Positions 17,408-25,797 of a stretch of 64,000 nt of DNA are shown piece by piece. Under the pieces are notes generated by a model that searched no databases, was not told the DNA's origin, and saw only the letters and a program-made list of their open reading frames with translations. Source of the DNA: an uncultured Opitutales bacterium. GTDB lineage: Bacteria > Verrucomicrobiota > Verrucomicrobiia > Opitutales > JBHJGM01. Both the position numbers and the translations under genes were made by a program. How positions within the stretch are numbered: position 1 is the stretch's first letter; each line of letters opens with the position of its first letter. The stretch spans positions 33,180-97,179 of the forward strand of contig CAYOPI010000003.1 of the NCBI GenBank assembly GCA_964405825.1, read 5' to 3'.

Positions 17408-19936
17408 ATGAAACTCCTTGCGGCTGTTCGTTCACTGTGTGCTGTCACCACTCACCGCGGGCTCCCGGGCCTGCTCGCGCTCGCGTTTTTGGGGGCGGTC
17501 TCGACTGCCTCGGGCCAGCTTCAGGAGGACTTTGATTTCGATTATGTCTGGGGCGGGGGCGGCGCCCCCGCCCTGATGGAGTGGACGGATACGGAGCCGG
17601 GCGTCAATCCGGTGACGGGTTGGTTCGTCGACCTCATTGCAACAACGCTGTTTCCGCAGTTTGACGACGAGACCGCATCGCTGCCGGGCGGCGAACTGGA
17701 CCTGGACGGCACGATTCAGATCGAGGGATTTGTGGTCGGGCGCACGGGCATCTTCAACCTGCGTGGCCAGCTGACGCTGCTCGACTTCATGGCGGTCGAC
17801 GGCGGCGAGATTAACTTTTTCAACAACGGTCAGCTGCGTCTGACCGACCTGAACAACTTCATTGCCAACGGCGGGACGTTTCTGGGCGACGACGGCACCG
17901 CGAGCATCCGAGGCAACTTCACGAACGGGTTCTTTGAGTCGGACCCGCTCTCGCCGCCAAACCCCGGGCTGGTGCTGGCCGACGGGGGCAATCTGTTCTT
18001 CAACGAGAACGGGCGGACGTTTTTGAACACGATCGCCGGAACGGTGCGGGCGGTGGGCAACTCGAGGGTGAGTTTCCAGAGCCAGCGCGTGGTGCTCGAC
18101 GGCGGCGACACGACCGGCGACGGCACCCTTGAGGTGACCGGCAACAGTACGGTGGTCTACCGTTCGGGAAACGTTCTGAACCCGCTGGAGCTGCGGGCGG
18201 GGATTCTCGACCTGGGAAACGCCAACGCACCGTCGGGACAAACGGCCCGGTTTATCGCAAACGCGGCACCGGGGCCCTTCCGCGTGGATGTTTCGGGGGA
18301 CATTCCGGACGGGGTGGCGCTTTCAATCGTGGACGGGAGCACGTTGTTTGTGCCGGAGCCGTTCGAGAATTCGGGTGACCTGACCTTTGCGGGCCCGCAG
18401 GGCTCGGCGCTGCAGACGAGATTCTCCACCGGGGGTACCTTCACCAACAGCGGTCAGCTGACCTTCCGCAACGCCGACGTCAACGAGACGAACAAGCACC
18501 GGATTCTGAAGGATCTGGTGAACGCACCGACGGGGATGATCCGGGTGACCGACGCCTCGAACCCGCGGCTGAACGTTGTGCTGAACAACGGCTCTTTCGA
18601 CATCGAGGCCGGGACGCGGGTGGATTCCTCGACGAGCTTTCGGCATACCGGCGGGACGCTGAACGTTGACGGGGAACTGTTCGCCCTGGGGGCGGGCCTG
18701 CTTGAATGGAGCGGCGGCAATCTGACCGCGACGACGGGTCTGCCGACGTTGGCCTTCACCGGATTCCGCAGCTTCCCGGGGCAGTCGATCATTGTCGGTG
18801 CCGGGCAGACCGCGCCGGTGCGCCTGCTGATGATCGAGCCGGGCGAGGGCCTGCTGAACTACGATGACGACGAGCTGTCGGCCGGGCAGGTGCTTGAGAT
18901 TCAGAATGACAACACCAATCGCAGGATTCGGATGAACGACGATTTCGTGAACCGCGGGACCATCTTCACGAACGGGGACAGCTCGGTGCGGTTTGAGCCC
19001 GGCGGGACGACGATGACCAACTTTGGACTGATGGACTTGAGCGGCTTGCCGGGTTCGACGCAGGCACAGCGGGAGGTTGCGGACATCGTGAACTTTACGA
19101 ACCACAACGAGCTTGTTCTGAAAAACAGTCTCCTGCTGCTGAGTCGCTTTGCCGGGTCAAACTACATCCAACCGGAGACGGGGTCGCTTTCGATTGAGTT
19201 GCGGGGTACGGGAGCGGGCCAGTTCGACCGGGTGCAGGCTTCGGGCGGCGCCCAGATTGCCGGGACGGTGAAGCTGAAGGTGGCTTCGAGCTACGCGCCG
19301 AGTCTGGGCGACACGGTCTCGATTCTGCAGACCAACTTTGCGCCGAACTTTGATGTGTCGGGTGAGTTCACCACGGTGGAGGGCGTGTCGCTCGGGACGG
19401 TGAACGGTTTTGACGCCTCGCTGGCGGTGACCTACCGGCTGGATTTTGTGGACGTGACGGTGGCCAAGACGGGGGATCTCAATCTGGACACGACCGTCGA
19501 TGCGACCGACCTGCTGGCGCTGGGCGGGAACTTTCGCGCGGACGGCAGCTGGGCCACGGGGGACGTCAACGGCGACGGCTTCGTGGATGAAGCGGATCTG
19601 GATTTGATTGCGGCGAACTTTACGGGCGGCGCGATTTCGCGGGCGCAGGCGGCCAGCCTGGCCGGGATCACCGCAGCCCCCCTGTTGATTTTCGAGATTG
19701 AATTCGTCGATGTGGCAGGTGTGCCGACGTTTGAGGTGCGCATGGACGCAGGCCGGGAGTCGACGCTGGGCGATGCGCAATTCACCGACGATCTGACGCA
19801 GAGCTTCCGCGCGTTCACGGTGTTTGGCGGGACCAAGTCGAGCGGGATGCTGGGGGTTGAACCGATTGTGCGTTACCGGTTCCCACTCAGCTCAAACGAT
19901 CAGCTGTTCGCCCGTCCGCCGCCGCCCGCACCGTAA
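17408..19936 (+). CDS. Large secreted beta-helix (autotransporter-passenger-like) repeat protein with a C-terminal dockerin module
   Basis: Signal peptide MKLLAAVRSLCAV...LALAFLGAVSTASGQ. Long G/N/T-rich degenerate repeats follow (..NNGQL.L.., NSGDLTF, NSGQLTF, NNGSFDI). There is a duplicated EF-hand-like dockerin at 19474-19620 (DLNLDTTVDATDLLALGGNF / DVNGDGFVDEADLDLIAANF). I saw no recognisable C-terminal sorting tag. Confidence 0.7.
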   Translation: MKLLAAVRSLCAVTTHRGLPGLLALAFLGAVSTASGQLQEDFDFDYVWGGGGAPALMEWTDTEPGVNPVTGWFVDLIATTLFPQFDDETASLPGGELDLDGTIQIEGFVVGRTGIFNLRGQLTLLDFMAVDGGEINFFNNGQLRLTDLNNFIANGGTFLGDDGTASIRGNFTNGFFESDPLSPPNPGLVLADGGNLFFNENGRTFLNTIAGTVRAVGNSRVSFQSQRVVLDGGDTTGDGTLEVTGNSTVVYRSGNVLNPLELRAGILDLGNANAPSGQTARFIANAAPGPFRVDVSGDIPDGVALSIVDGSTLFVPEPFENSGDLTFAGPQGSALQTRFSTGGTFTNSGQLTFRNADVNETNKHRILKDLVNAPTGMIRVTDASNPRLNVVLNNGSFDIEAGTRVDSSTSFRHTGGTLNVDGELFALGAGLLEWSGGNLTATTGLPTLAFTGFRSFPGQSIIVGAGQTAPVRLLMIEPGEGLLNYDDDELSAGQVLEIQNDNTNRRIRMNDDFVNRGTIFTNGDSSVRFEPGGTTMTNFGLMDLSGLPGSTQAQREVADIVNFTNHNELVLKNSLLLLSRFAGSNYIQPETGSLSIELRGTGAGQFDRVQASGGAQIAGTVKLKVASSYAPSLGDTVSILQTNFAPNFDVSGEFTTVEGVSLGTVNGFDASLAVTYRLDFVDVTVAKTGDLNLDTTVDATDLLALGGNFRADGSWATGDVNGDGFVDEADLDLIAANFTGGAISRAQAASLAGITAAPLLIFEIEFVDVAGVPTFEVRMDAGRESTLGDAQFTDDLTQSFRAFTVFGGTKSSGMLGVEPIVRYRFPLSSNDQLFARPPPPAP

Positions 19937-20147
19937 GGACAGGCTATGAGGGGGCGGGCCGAGCACCCTCCCGGCTCACTTGGACAGGTGAAAGCGCTGC
20001 AGAAACGCGCCTGTTGGTGGGGCGCAGTTGCAGGGTGCGCGAGGGGGCAAGGCGCGATTTGACTTGGGGCGCGGAGTTGGGGAAGATTGAAGGTCTTGAA
20101 GCGGTTATCCTGACTGAGGATGCCAAGATTTGTCCACTTGAGGCGAG

Positions 20148-21884
20148 ATGATCAAACCCACCACCGAAACACCGACCGAAGCCCCGAAGCTCTCGAAGAA
20201 TGAGGGCATCAAGGAGGGCAGTAACTTTCTGCGCGGCACGATTCTGGAAGGGCTGGCGGACGCGTCCACGGGCGCCATCAGCGACGACGACACGCAGCTG
20301 ACGAAGTTCCACGGCATCTACCAGCAGGACGACCGCGATCTGCGCTCGGAGCGGCGCAAACAGAAGCTCGAGAAGGCTTTCATCTTTATGGTGCGCGTGC
20401 GCGTGCCGGGCGGGATTTGCACGCCCGAGCAATGGCTGCAGATGGACGCCATCGCCGATTCGCGGGCCAACGGGACGTTGAAGCTGACCACGCGGCAGGC
20501 CTTTCAGGTGCACGGGATTTTGAAGGGCGACTTGAAGCCGGCGATTCAGGAAATCGACCAGGCGTGCCTCGACACGATCGCGGCCTGCGGCGACGTCAAC
20601 CGCAACGTGATGTGCAATCCCAATCCGTACACCAGCGATGCGCACGCCCAGGCCTATGAGCTGGCCAAAGCGATTTCGGCGCACCTGACACCGGCCACAC
20701 GGGCGTACCACGAAATCTGGCTGGACGGCGAGAAGGTCTCCGGCGGGGCCGAGGAGGAAGAGCCCATTTACGGAAAGACGTACCTGCCGCGGAAGTTCAA
20801 GACGGTGGTCGCCGTGCCCCCGAGCAACGACGTGGACATCTTCGCGCATTGCCTGGGCTTCATGAGCATCGTTGAAGAGGGCGCGGTGGTGGGTTACAAC
20901 GTGACCGTGGGCGGTGGCATGGGCATGACCCACAACAAGACCGAAACTTACCCGCGTCTGGCCGATGTGCTGGGCTTCTGCAGGCCCGAGCAGGCCGTGG
21001 CGGTGGCCGAAGCGGTGGTGAAGGTGCAGCGTGATTACGGCGACCGCGTCGACCGCAAGCACGCGCGGCTGAAGTACACCGTGGAGGATCTCGGCCTGGA
21101 CCGTTTCCGCGAGCTGGTGGAGACGCATCTGGACTTCAAGTTGGAAGCGGCGCGGGACTATCATTTTGACAGCAACGGGGATGTTTACGGCTGGGCCGGC
21201 CAGACCAATGGGCGACAGAGCCTGACCCTTTTCATCGAGAACGGGCGCGTACAGGATGAAGGCGCGCACCGGGTGAAGAGCGGCTTGCGGGCGATCGCGC
21301 AGGTGCACGACGGGGACTTCCGGCTGACGCCGAACCAGAATCTGATCATCGGCAACGTTGACCCGGCCAAGCGGGCGGAAATCGAGACGTTGCTGGAGGA
21401 GTACGGCATTGCCTCGCTGCAGAATCCCACGGGGCTGCGGGCGCGCTCGATGGCGTGCGTGGCCTTGCCTACCTGCGGGCTTTCGCTGGCGGAGTCGGAG
21501 CGGTACCTGCCCAAGCTGGTCGACGAGCTGGACGCGGTGGTGGAGGCCTGCGGGTTGCGCGAGGCTGAAATCAACGTGCGTATGACCGGTTGCCCGAACG
21601 GCTGCGCGCGGCCGTACCTGGGCGAGATCGGTTTTGTCGGCAAGGCACCGGGCAAGTACAACGTGTACCTGGGCGCGGGCTTTGCGGGCGACCGGCTCAA
21701 CAAGCTGTACCGGCAGTCGGTCAAGCAGGAGGCGATTGTGCCGCTGCTGCAGCCGATTCTGGAAGACTACGCCCGGAGCCGGACCGACGGAGAGGCCTTC
21801 GGGGACTTCGTGGTGCGGCAGGGGTACATTGCGGCCTCGGGCAACGGGGCGGACTTTCACGCGAATCTGCCGGCGGAGGTTTAG
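20148..21884 (+). CDS. cysI: Assimilatory sulfite reductase hemoprotein (siroheme/4Fe-4S), CysI/Sir type
   Basis: N-terminus LSKNEGIKE.SNFLRGTI..GL.D..TGAIS.DD.QL.KFHGIYQQDDRD and KLTTRQAFQ.HGI. The Cys cluster is ACVALPTCGLSLAESER...TGCPNGCARP. Confidence 0.9.
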   Translation: MIKPTTETPTEAPKLSKNEGIKEGSNFLRGTILEGLADASTGAISDDDTQLTKFHGIYQQDDRDLRSERRKQKLEKAFIFMVRVRVPGGICTPEQWLQMDAIADSRANGTLKLTTRQAFQVHGILKGDLKPAIQEIDQACLDTIAACGDVNRNVMCNPNPYTSDAHAQAYELAKAISAHLTPATRAYHEIWLDGEKVSGGAEEEEPIYGKTYLPRKFKTVVAVPPSNDVDIFAHCLGFMSIVEEGAVVGYNVTVGGGMGMTHNKTETYPRLADVLGFCRPEQAVAVAEAVVKVQRDYGDRVDRKHARLKYTVEDLGLDRFRELVETHLDFKLEAARDYHFDSNGDVYGWAGQTNGRQSLTLFIENGRVQDEGAHRVKSGLRAIAQVHDGDFRLTPNQNLIIGNVDPAKRAEIETLLEEYGIASLQNPTGLRARSMACVALPTCGLSLAESERYLPKLVDELDAVVEACGLREAEINVRMTGCPNGCARPYLGEIGFVGKAPGKYNVYLGAGFAGDRLNKLYRQSVKQEAIVPLLQPILEDYARSRTDGEAFGDFVVRQGYIAASGNGADFHANLPAEV

Positions 21885-21967
21885 GGCAAAGCGCGCGCGG
21901 GCGCTTGCGTTGCAGGGGGAATCGGGTTTCTTGCAAGGGTCCGGTCGCCGCCCCGCATGCCTCTTCC

Positions 21968-22447
21968 ATGCGCTTGTCCTATCCCAACGAACCCGCCTCG
22001 CTGGACCGCCTGGAATCCGATCTGGCGGATTTTTCCGCGCGGCAGAAGGTCGAACCGAAAGCGCACTCGGCCCTGCAACTTTGTCTGGATGAGGCGCTGA
22101 GCAATGTCATCGCCCATGCCTTTGAGCCGGGCGAGCGTCACACGATCGAGCTGGAGCTGCTGGCCGATACGCACGGGGTAACGGCAACGCTGGTGGATTC
22201 GGGCAAGCCGTTTGATCCGCTGCGGGAGGCGTTGGCGCGCAATCCGTTGAAGGCCGGGGCAGGTGAGTCCAGCGCGGCGGAGGCGACGGAGGACGAGCAC
22301 GGACCCGGGATGGGCGTCTTTCTGATGCGGCGACTGCTGGACGAGTTGCATTATGTGCGGCAGGACGGACGCAACGTGCTGCGGCTGCACAAGCGCTTTG
22401 AGGCGTCTGGTAACGGGACCCATCCCAAGCAGGTCGCGAAGGGTTGA
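21968..22447 (+). CDS. RsbW/SpoIIAB-like anti-sigma regulatory factor (HATPase_c_2 Ser/Thr kinase)
   Basis: From the internal ATG at 21968: MRLSYPNEPASLDRLESDLADF. It contains L.LCLDEALSNVIAHAF (N-box-like) and GPGMGVFLMRRLLDEL.Y (G-box). The upstream part of the track ORF overlaps the 3' end of cysI and is discarded. Confidence 0.65.
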   Translation: MRLSYPNEPASLDRLESDLADFSARQKVEPKAHSALQLCLDEALSNVIAHAFEPGERHTIELELLADTHGVTATLVDSGKPFDPLREALARNPLKAGAGESSAAEATEDEHGPGMGVFLMRRLLDELHYVRQDGRNVLRLHKRFEASGNGTHPKQVAKG

Positions 22448-22489
22448 GAGGGCTCGCCAAGGCTGCAGCGCTGTGGGAGCGTCGGCGCC

Positions 22490-23506
22490 ATGCAGGTCGC
22501 CGTGTACTCCACCAAACCCTACGACGAGAGGTTTCTCGAACGAGCCAATGCCGCCGCCTCGGCCGGGCATTCCCTCACCTATTTCAAGCCGCCGCTGGAT
22601 GCCTCGACCGCGCCCGGGGCGAAGGTCTTCGAGGGGGTCTGCGCGTTCGTCAACGATGACCTTTCGCGGCCGGTGCTGGAGGAACTGGCGTCGGGTTCAA
22701 CGCGGCTGATCGCGCTGCGCTGCGCCGGTTACAACAATGTCGACCTGCCGGCGGCGACGAAACTGGGGCTGACGGTGGTGCGGGTGCCGGCGTATTCGCC
22801 GCACGCGGTTGCCGAACATGTCGTGGCGCTGCTGCTGACGCTCTCGCGCAAGACACACCGAGCGTACAACCGTGTGCGGGAGGGGAACTTTGCCCTGGAC
22901 GGGCTGCTGGGATTTGACCTGCACGGGTTGACGGTGGGGGTTGTTGGCACGGGGCAGATCGGGGCCATTTTTGCGCGGATTATGTTGAAGGGGTTTGGGT
23001 GCCCGGTGCTGGGTTACGACCCCTACCCCAACGCCGAGCTGGAAAAGGACGGCCTGCGGTACGTGGACCTGCCAGAGATCTTCAGCCAGAGCGACATCCT
23101 CAGCCTGCACTGCCCGTTGACCGAGGCGACGCATCACCTGGTGGACGAGGCGGCGCTGGCGCAGATGAAAGACGGTGTGACGTTAATCAACACATCACGG
23201 GGTGCGCTGGTGGACACCGAGGCGGCTCTGGAGGCGTTGCTCAGCGGCAAGCTCGGTCATCTGGGTCTGGACGTGTACGAAGAGGAAGCCGGCTTGTTCT
23301 TCGAGGATCACTCCGCGCACATCATTCAGGACGATGTGATCATGCGCCTGACGACGTTTCCGAACGTGCTGATCACCGGGCACCAGGCCTTCTTTACTTC
23401 GAATGCGCTGGAGAACATCGCGGAGACCACGGTGGGCAACATCAATGCGATCGAGCGCGGGGAAGAATGTGCGAACGTGGTGGAGCCGGCGGCGCAGGAA
23501 CGATGA
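22490..23506 (+). CDS. ldhA: D-lactate dehydrogenase / D-isomer-specific 2-hydroxyacid dehydrogenase
   Basis: Starts M.VAVYSTK.YD..FL. The Rossmann motif is VGVVGTGQIG, and the catalytic region is LINTSRG.LVD and HQAFFT. Confidence 0.88.
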   Translation: MQVAVYSTKPYDERFLERANAAASAGHSLTYFKPPLDASTAPGAKVFEGVCAFVNDDLSRPVLEELASGSTRLIALRCAGYNNVDLPAATKLGLTVVRVPAYSPHAVAEHVVALLLTLSRKTHRAYNRVREGNFALDGLLGFDLHGLTVGVVGTGQIGAIFARIMLKGFGCPVLGYDPYPNAELEKDGLRYVDLPEIFSQSDILSLHCPLTEATHHLVDEAALAQMKDGVTLINTSRGALVDTEAALEALLSGKLGHLGLDVYEEEAGLFFEDHSAHIIQDDVIMRLTTFPNVLITGHQAFFTSNALENIAETTVGNINAIERGEECANVVEPAAQER

Positions 23507-23533
23507 GAGGGTCTCACGCAGGCACGGAGAAAC

Positions 23534-23920
23534 TCATGATGGAAGCTTGCCGTTGATCACTCGCGTAACTCCGTCGCGCATCAGCGCCTCACCGAAGTTG
23601 AGCAGATAGCCCAGTTTCAGGCCGGACAGCTTGAGTCAGGTCAGTACCTGCTTCTTGTGGGCGGGGTGTCGTTGCTCGACCGACTTCACTTCAAACAAGA
23701 CCCTTTGCTCTACGATCCGATCGGCACGGAAACCGTTGTCGAAAGGCTCGCCCTCAAACTCGAAAGGGATCGCCTTCCGGGCCTCTACCGCCAGACCGCG
23801 CCGAGACAGGCGACGAAAAAGTACGGCCTCGTAAACACTCTCCAGGAGGCCTGGACCAAGACCACGGTGAATCGCGATGGATTCCTCCACGAGCGCAGTT
23901 CCGAAGCTGTTCTGGTCCAT
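23534..23920 (-). pseudogene. GxxExxY protein (PD-(D/E)XK-like), interrupted by an in-frame TGA
   Basis: MDQNSFGTALVEESIAIHRGLGPGLLESVYEAVL...RADRIVEQRVLFEVKSVE...HKKQVLT, then TGA at 23636-23638, then in the same frame LKLSGLKLGYLLNFGEALMRDGVTRVING, ending at the TGA at 23534-23536. The stop sits where family members normally have an aromatic residue (..LTYLKLSG..). Confidence 0.75.
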
Positions 23921-23981
23921 CTCTGTGCCTCCGCGCCTCTGTGTGAAAAAGCCTCGGCTGAGGCACAGAGAACGGGGGGCG

Positions 23982-25775
23982 CTAGCGGGCGTCGACGGTG
24001 ATGGATTCCTCGTCGGGGGTGAGGGTGATGAAAAACTCCTGACCCTCGACGGTGACGGTGTGGTTGCCGTGGAAGGCGCGGACTTCGAGCTGGCCGTCGG
24101 TGTCGACGGTGCCGCTGAACTGGGTCCACCACTCCTCGCGCAGGAGGCGATGGAGGGCGTCGCCGGCAGGCAGGCGGTTCCAGTCCTCGTCCCAGAGGGC
24201 GGCGTCCTGGTTCCATTTGACGGTGTCCCAGACACCCCAGAGGGTCATGGCGTGCACGGCGGGGTGGGCAAAGCCGATGCGCATGCCGCGCTCAAGGGCG
24301 ACGGCGCGCTCCTGATCGTCGGCCACGACGTAATCGAGTTCGGAGAGGTGCAGGGGCAGGCCGAGTTCGCTGACGCGGTCGAAGGCGTCCCAGGCGTGCT
24401 CGAGGCGGACCTCGCCGTTGGTGCGGTACTGCAGGCCGACAGAGGTCAGCGGCACGCCCATTTCGAGGAGTTCCTCGGCGATTTCGATGTACTCATCGAT
24501 GGCGGCATGGGTGATGATGTTGAACTCGTTGAGGGCGAGGCCGGCGTCGGGGTCGGCCGCGAGCATGGAACTGATCATGTCGTAGACGATGTCGCCCATG
24601 CGGAAGCGGTAGTACTTGTGGTGGACGATCTCGTTGAGAAAGTCGTACTCGTCGACGCGGCCCTTGTAACGCTCGGCAATGCGGTAGCCGTGCTGGCGGA
24701 TGACCGTACGCAGGTCGTTGTCGTCCATCGCCTTTTGCCAGGGGCGGATGCGCCCGTGCACGTCGCTGCCCCAGAAGACGGTGTGGGCCTGCACGTACAT
24801 GTTGTTTTCGTTGGCCCACTCGATCGCGCGATCGGTGCGCTCAATGTCGTATTCGTCGAAGTCGCCCTGGACGGCGGACCAGTACAGGGTAGCCGGCGTG
24901 ACCGAGTTGAAGTACTCCCGCGTGAGCGCGAGCAGGCGTTCGGAGTCCTCCCTGGTGAAAGGTTTGGCTGAGAAGTCCTCGCGCAGAATGGTGGAGGGGA
25001 TGTTGACGCCGAAGCGGAAGTGGTGGCGCGTCTGCTGCACGGAGACGTTTGCGCCCGGAGCGGCGAGGACGCGGACCATGCCGGTGCGGTGCTCCTGGAT
25101 AAGCGGGTCGGTGATTTCGCGCAGGGTCGGCTGGCGTGGAACCTCGGCCAGAAGTCGGGCGTCCTCGATGGAGAGACCGGTGATGTCGAGACGGTCACCC
25201 TTTCCTTCCGGGAAGACGCCGCGCATGTAGTAGACGTGGACGACGGCGGGACCGGCAGGGGCCTCGAACTCGAGGTCGTGGGATGCCGGATTGAAGGCAA
25301 AGACAGTGAACTTGCGCTCGAAGAGGCCTTCGTTGTCGAGGTTGCGGACCTCCAGTTGCAGGCGCGGGTAGCCGCCCTTGGAGGGGATGCCGCCGGCGTG
25401 TACGGTGATGCGCTGGGTGCCGCCGGACTCAAAGACAACCCACTCGGCCAGTCCCCCGTAGTCGACGTAGCGGAGGGCGCCGCCGTAAATCTCCTCGCCG
25501 CGGTTGAGGTGCTGGCGGGCCTGGGACGGGAGCACCTTGAGCCAGCCCTCGCGGCCTTGCGGGGCCGGCTCGGAAAAGGCGAGCGCTTTGCCCGGAAGCG
25601 GAACGGGCTCCGGCACGAACAGCTGCATCGGCAGGGGGACCTCTTCGCGATCGAGGTCGACGTACTCATCGAAGAGGTACCAGCCGACGGTGGAGAGGAC
25701 AGCGCCAGCCACCGCGGCAAGCAGCAGGGGAAAACAGCGTAAGGGCATGAAGTGTCTATCAGGTATCGGCACCAA
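23982..25775 (-). CDS. Membrane-anchored glycoside hydrolase family 10 (endo-beta-1,4-xylanase-like)
   Basis: The GH10 pattern is present. FNSVTP...YWSAVQ..., then AHTVFWGS. The acid/base motif is YDFLNEI (compare WDVVNE). GVPLTSVGLQ follows, and the nucleophile motif is LHLSELDY (compare ITELD). The N-terminus has a TM (FPLLLAAVAGAVLSTVGWYLF) plus about 250 aa that I could not assign. An alternative start is at 25748. Confidence 0.75.
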   Translation of the reverse strand: MVPIPDRHFMPLRCFPLLLAAVAGAVLSTVGWYLFDEYVDLDREEVPLPMQLFVPEPVPLPGKALAFSEPAPQGREGWLKVLPSQARQHLNRGEEIYGGALRYVDYGGLAEWVVFESGGTQRITVHAGGIPSKGGYPRLQLEVRNLDNEGLFERKFTVFAFNPASHDLEFEAPAGPAVVHVYYMRGVFPEGKGDRLDITGLSIEDARLLAEVPRQPTLREITDPLIQEHRTGMVRVLAAPGANVSVQQTRHHFRFGVNIPSTILREDFSAKPFTREDSERLLALTREYFNSVTPATLYWSAVQGDFDEYDIERTDRAIEWANENNMYVQAHTVFWGSDVHGRIRPWQKAMDDNDLRTVIRQHGYRIAERYKGRVDEYDFLNEIVHHKYYRFRMGDIVYDMISSMLAADPDAGLALNEFNIITHAAIDEYIEIAEELLEMGVPLTSVGLQYRTNGEVRLEHAWDAFDRVSELGLPLHLSELDYVVADDQERAVALERGMRIGFAHPAVHAMTLWGVWDTVKWNQDAALWDEDWNRLPAGDALHRLLREEWWTQFSGTVDTDGQLEVRAFHGNHTVTVEGQEFFITLTPDEESITVDAR

Positions 25776-25797
25776 CGCCTGTCAACCAAGCCCCGGC

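Noticed and set aside
19937-20147. Possible SAM/sulfur-responsive riboswitch or leader upstream of cysI.
   Set aside because: I could not find the conserved SAM-I/SAM-II core sequences or a convincing multi-stem fold by eye. An Infernal/Rfam scan would be needed.
23636-23638. The in-frame TGA in the GxxExxY gene as a selenocysteine or reassigned codon.
   Set aside because: There is no SECIS-like hairpin immediately downstream, the family is not a selenoprotein family, and TGA terminates many well-supported genes in this window.
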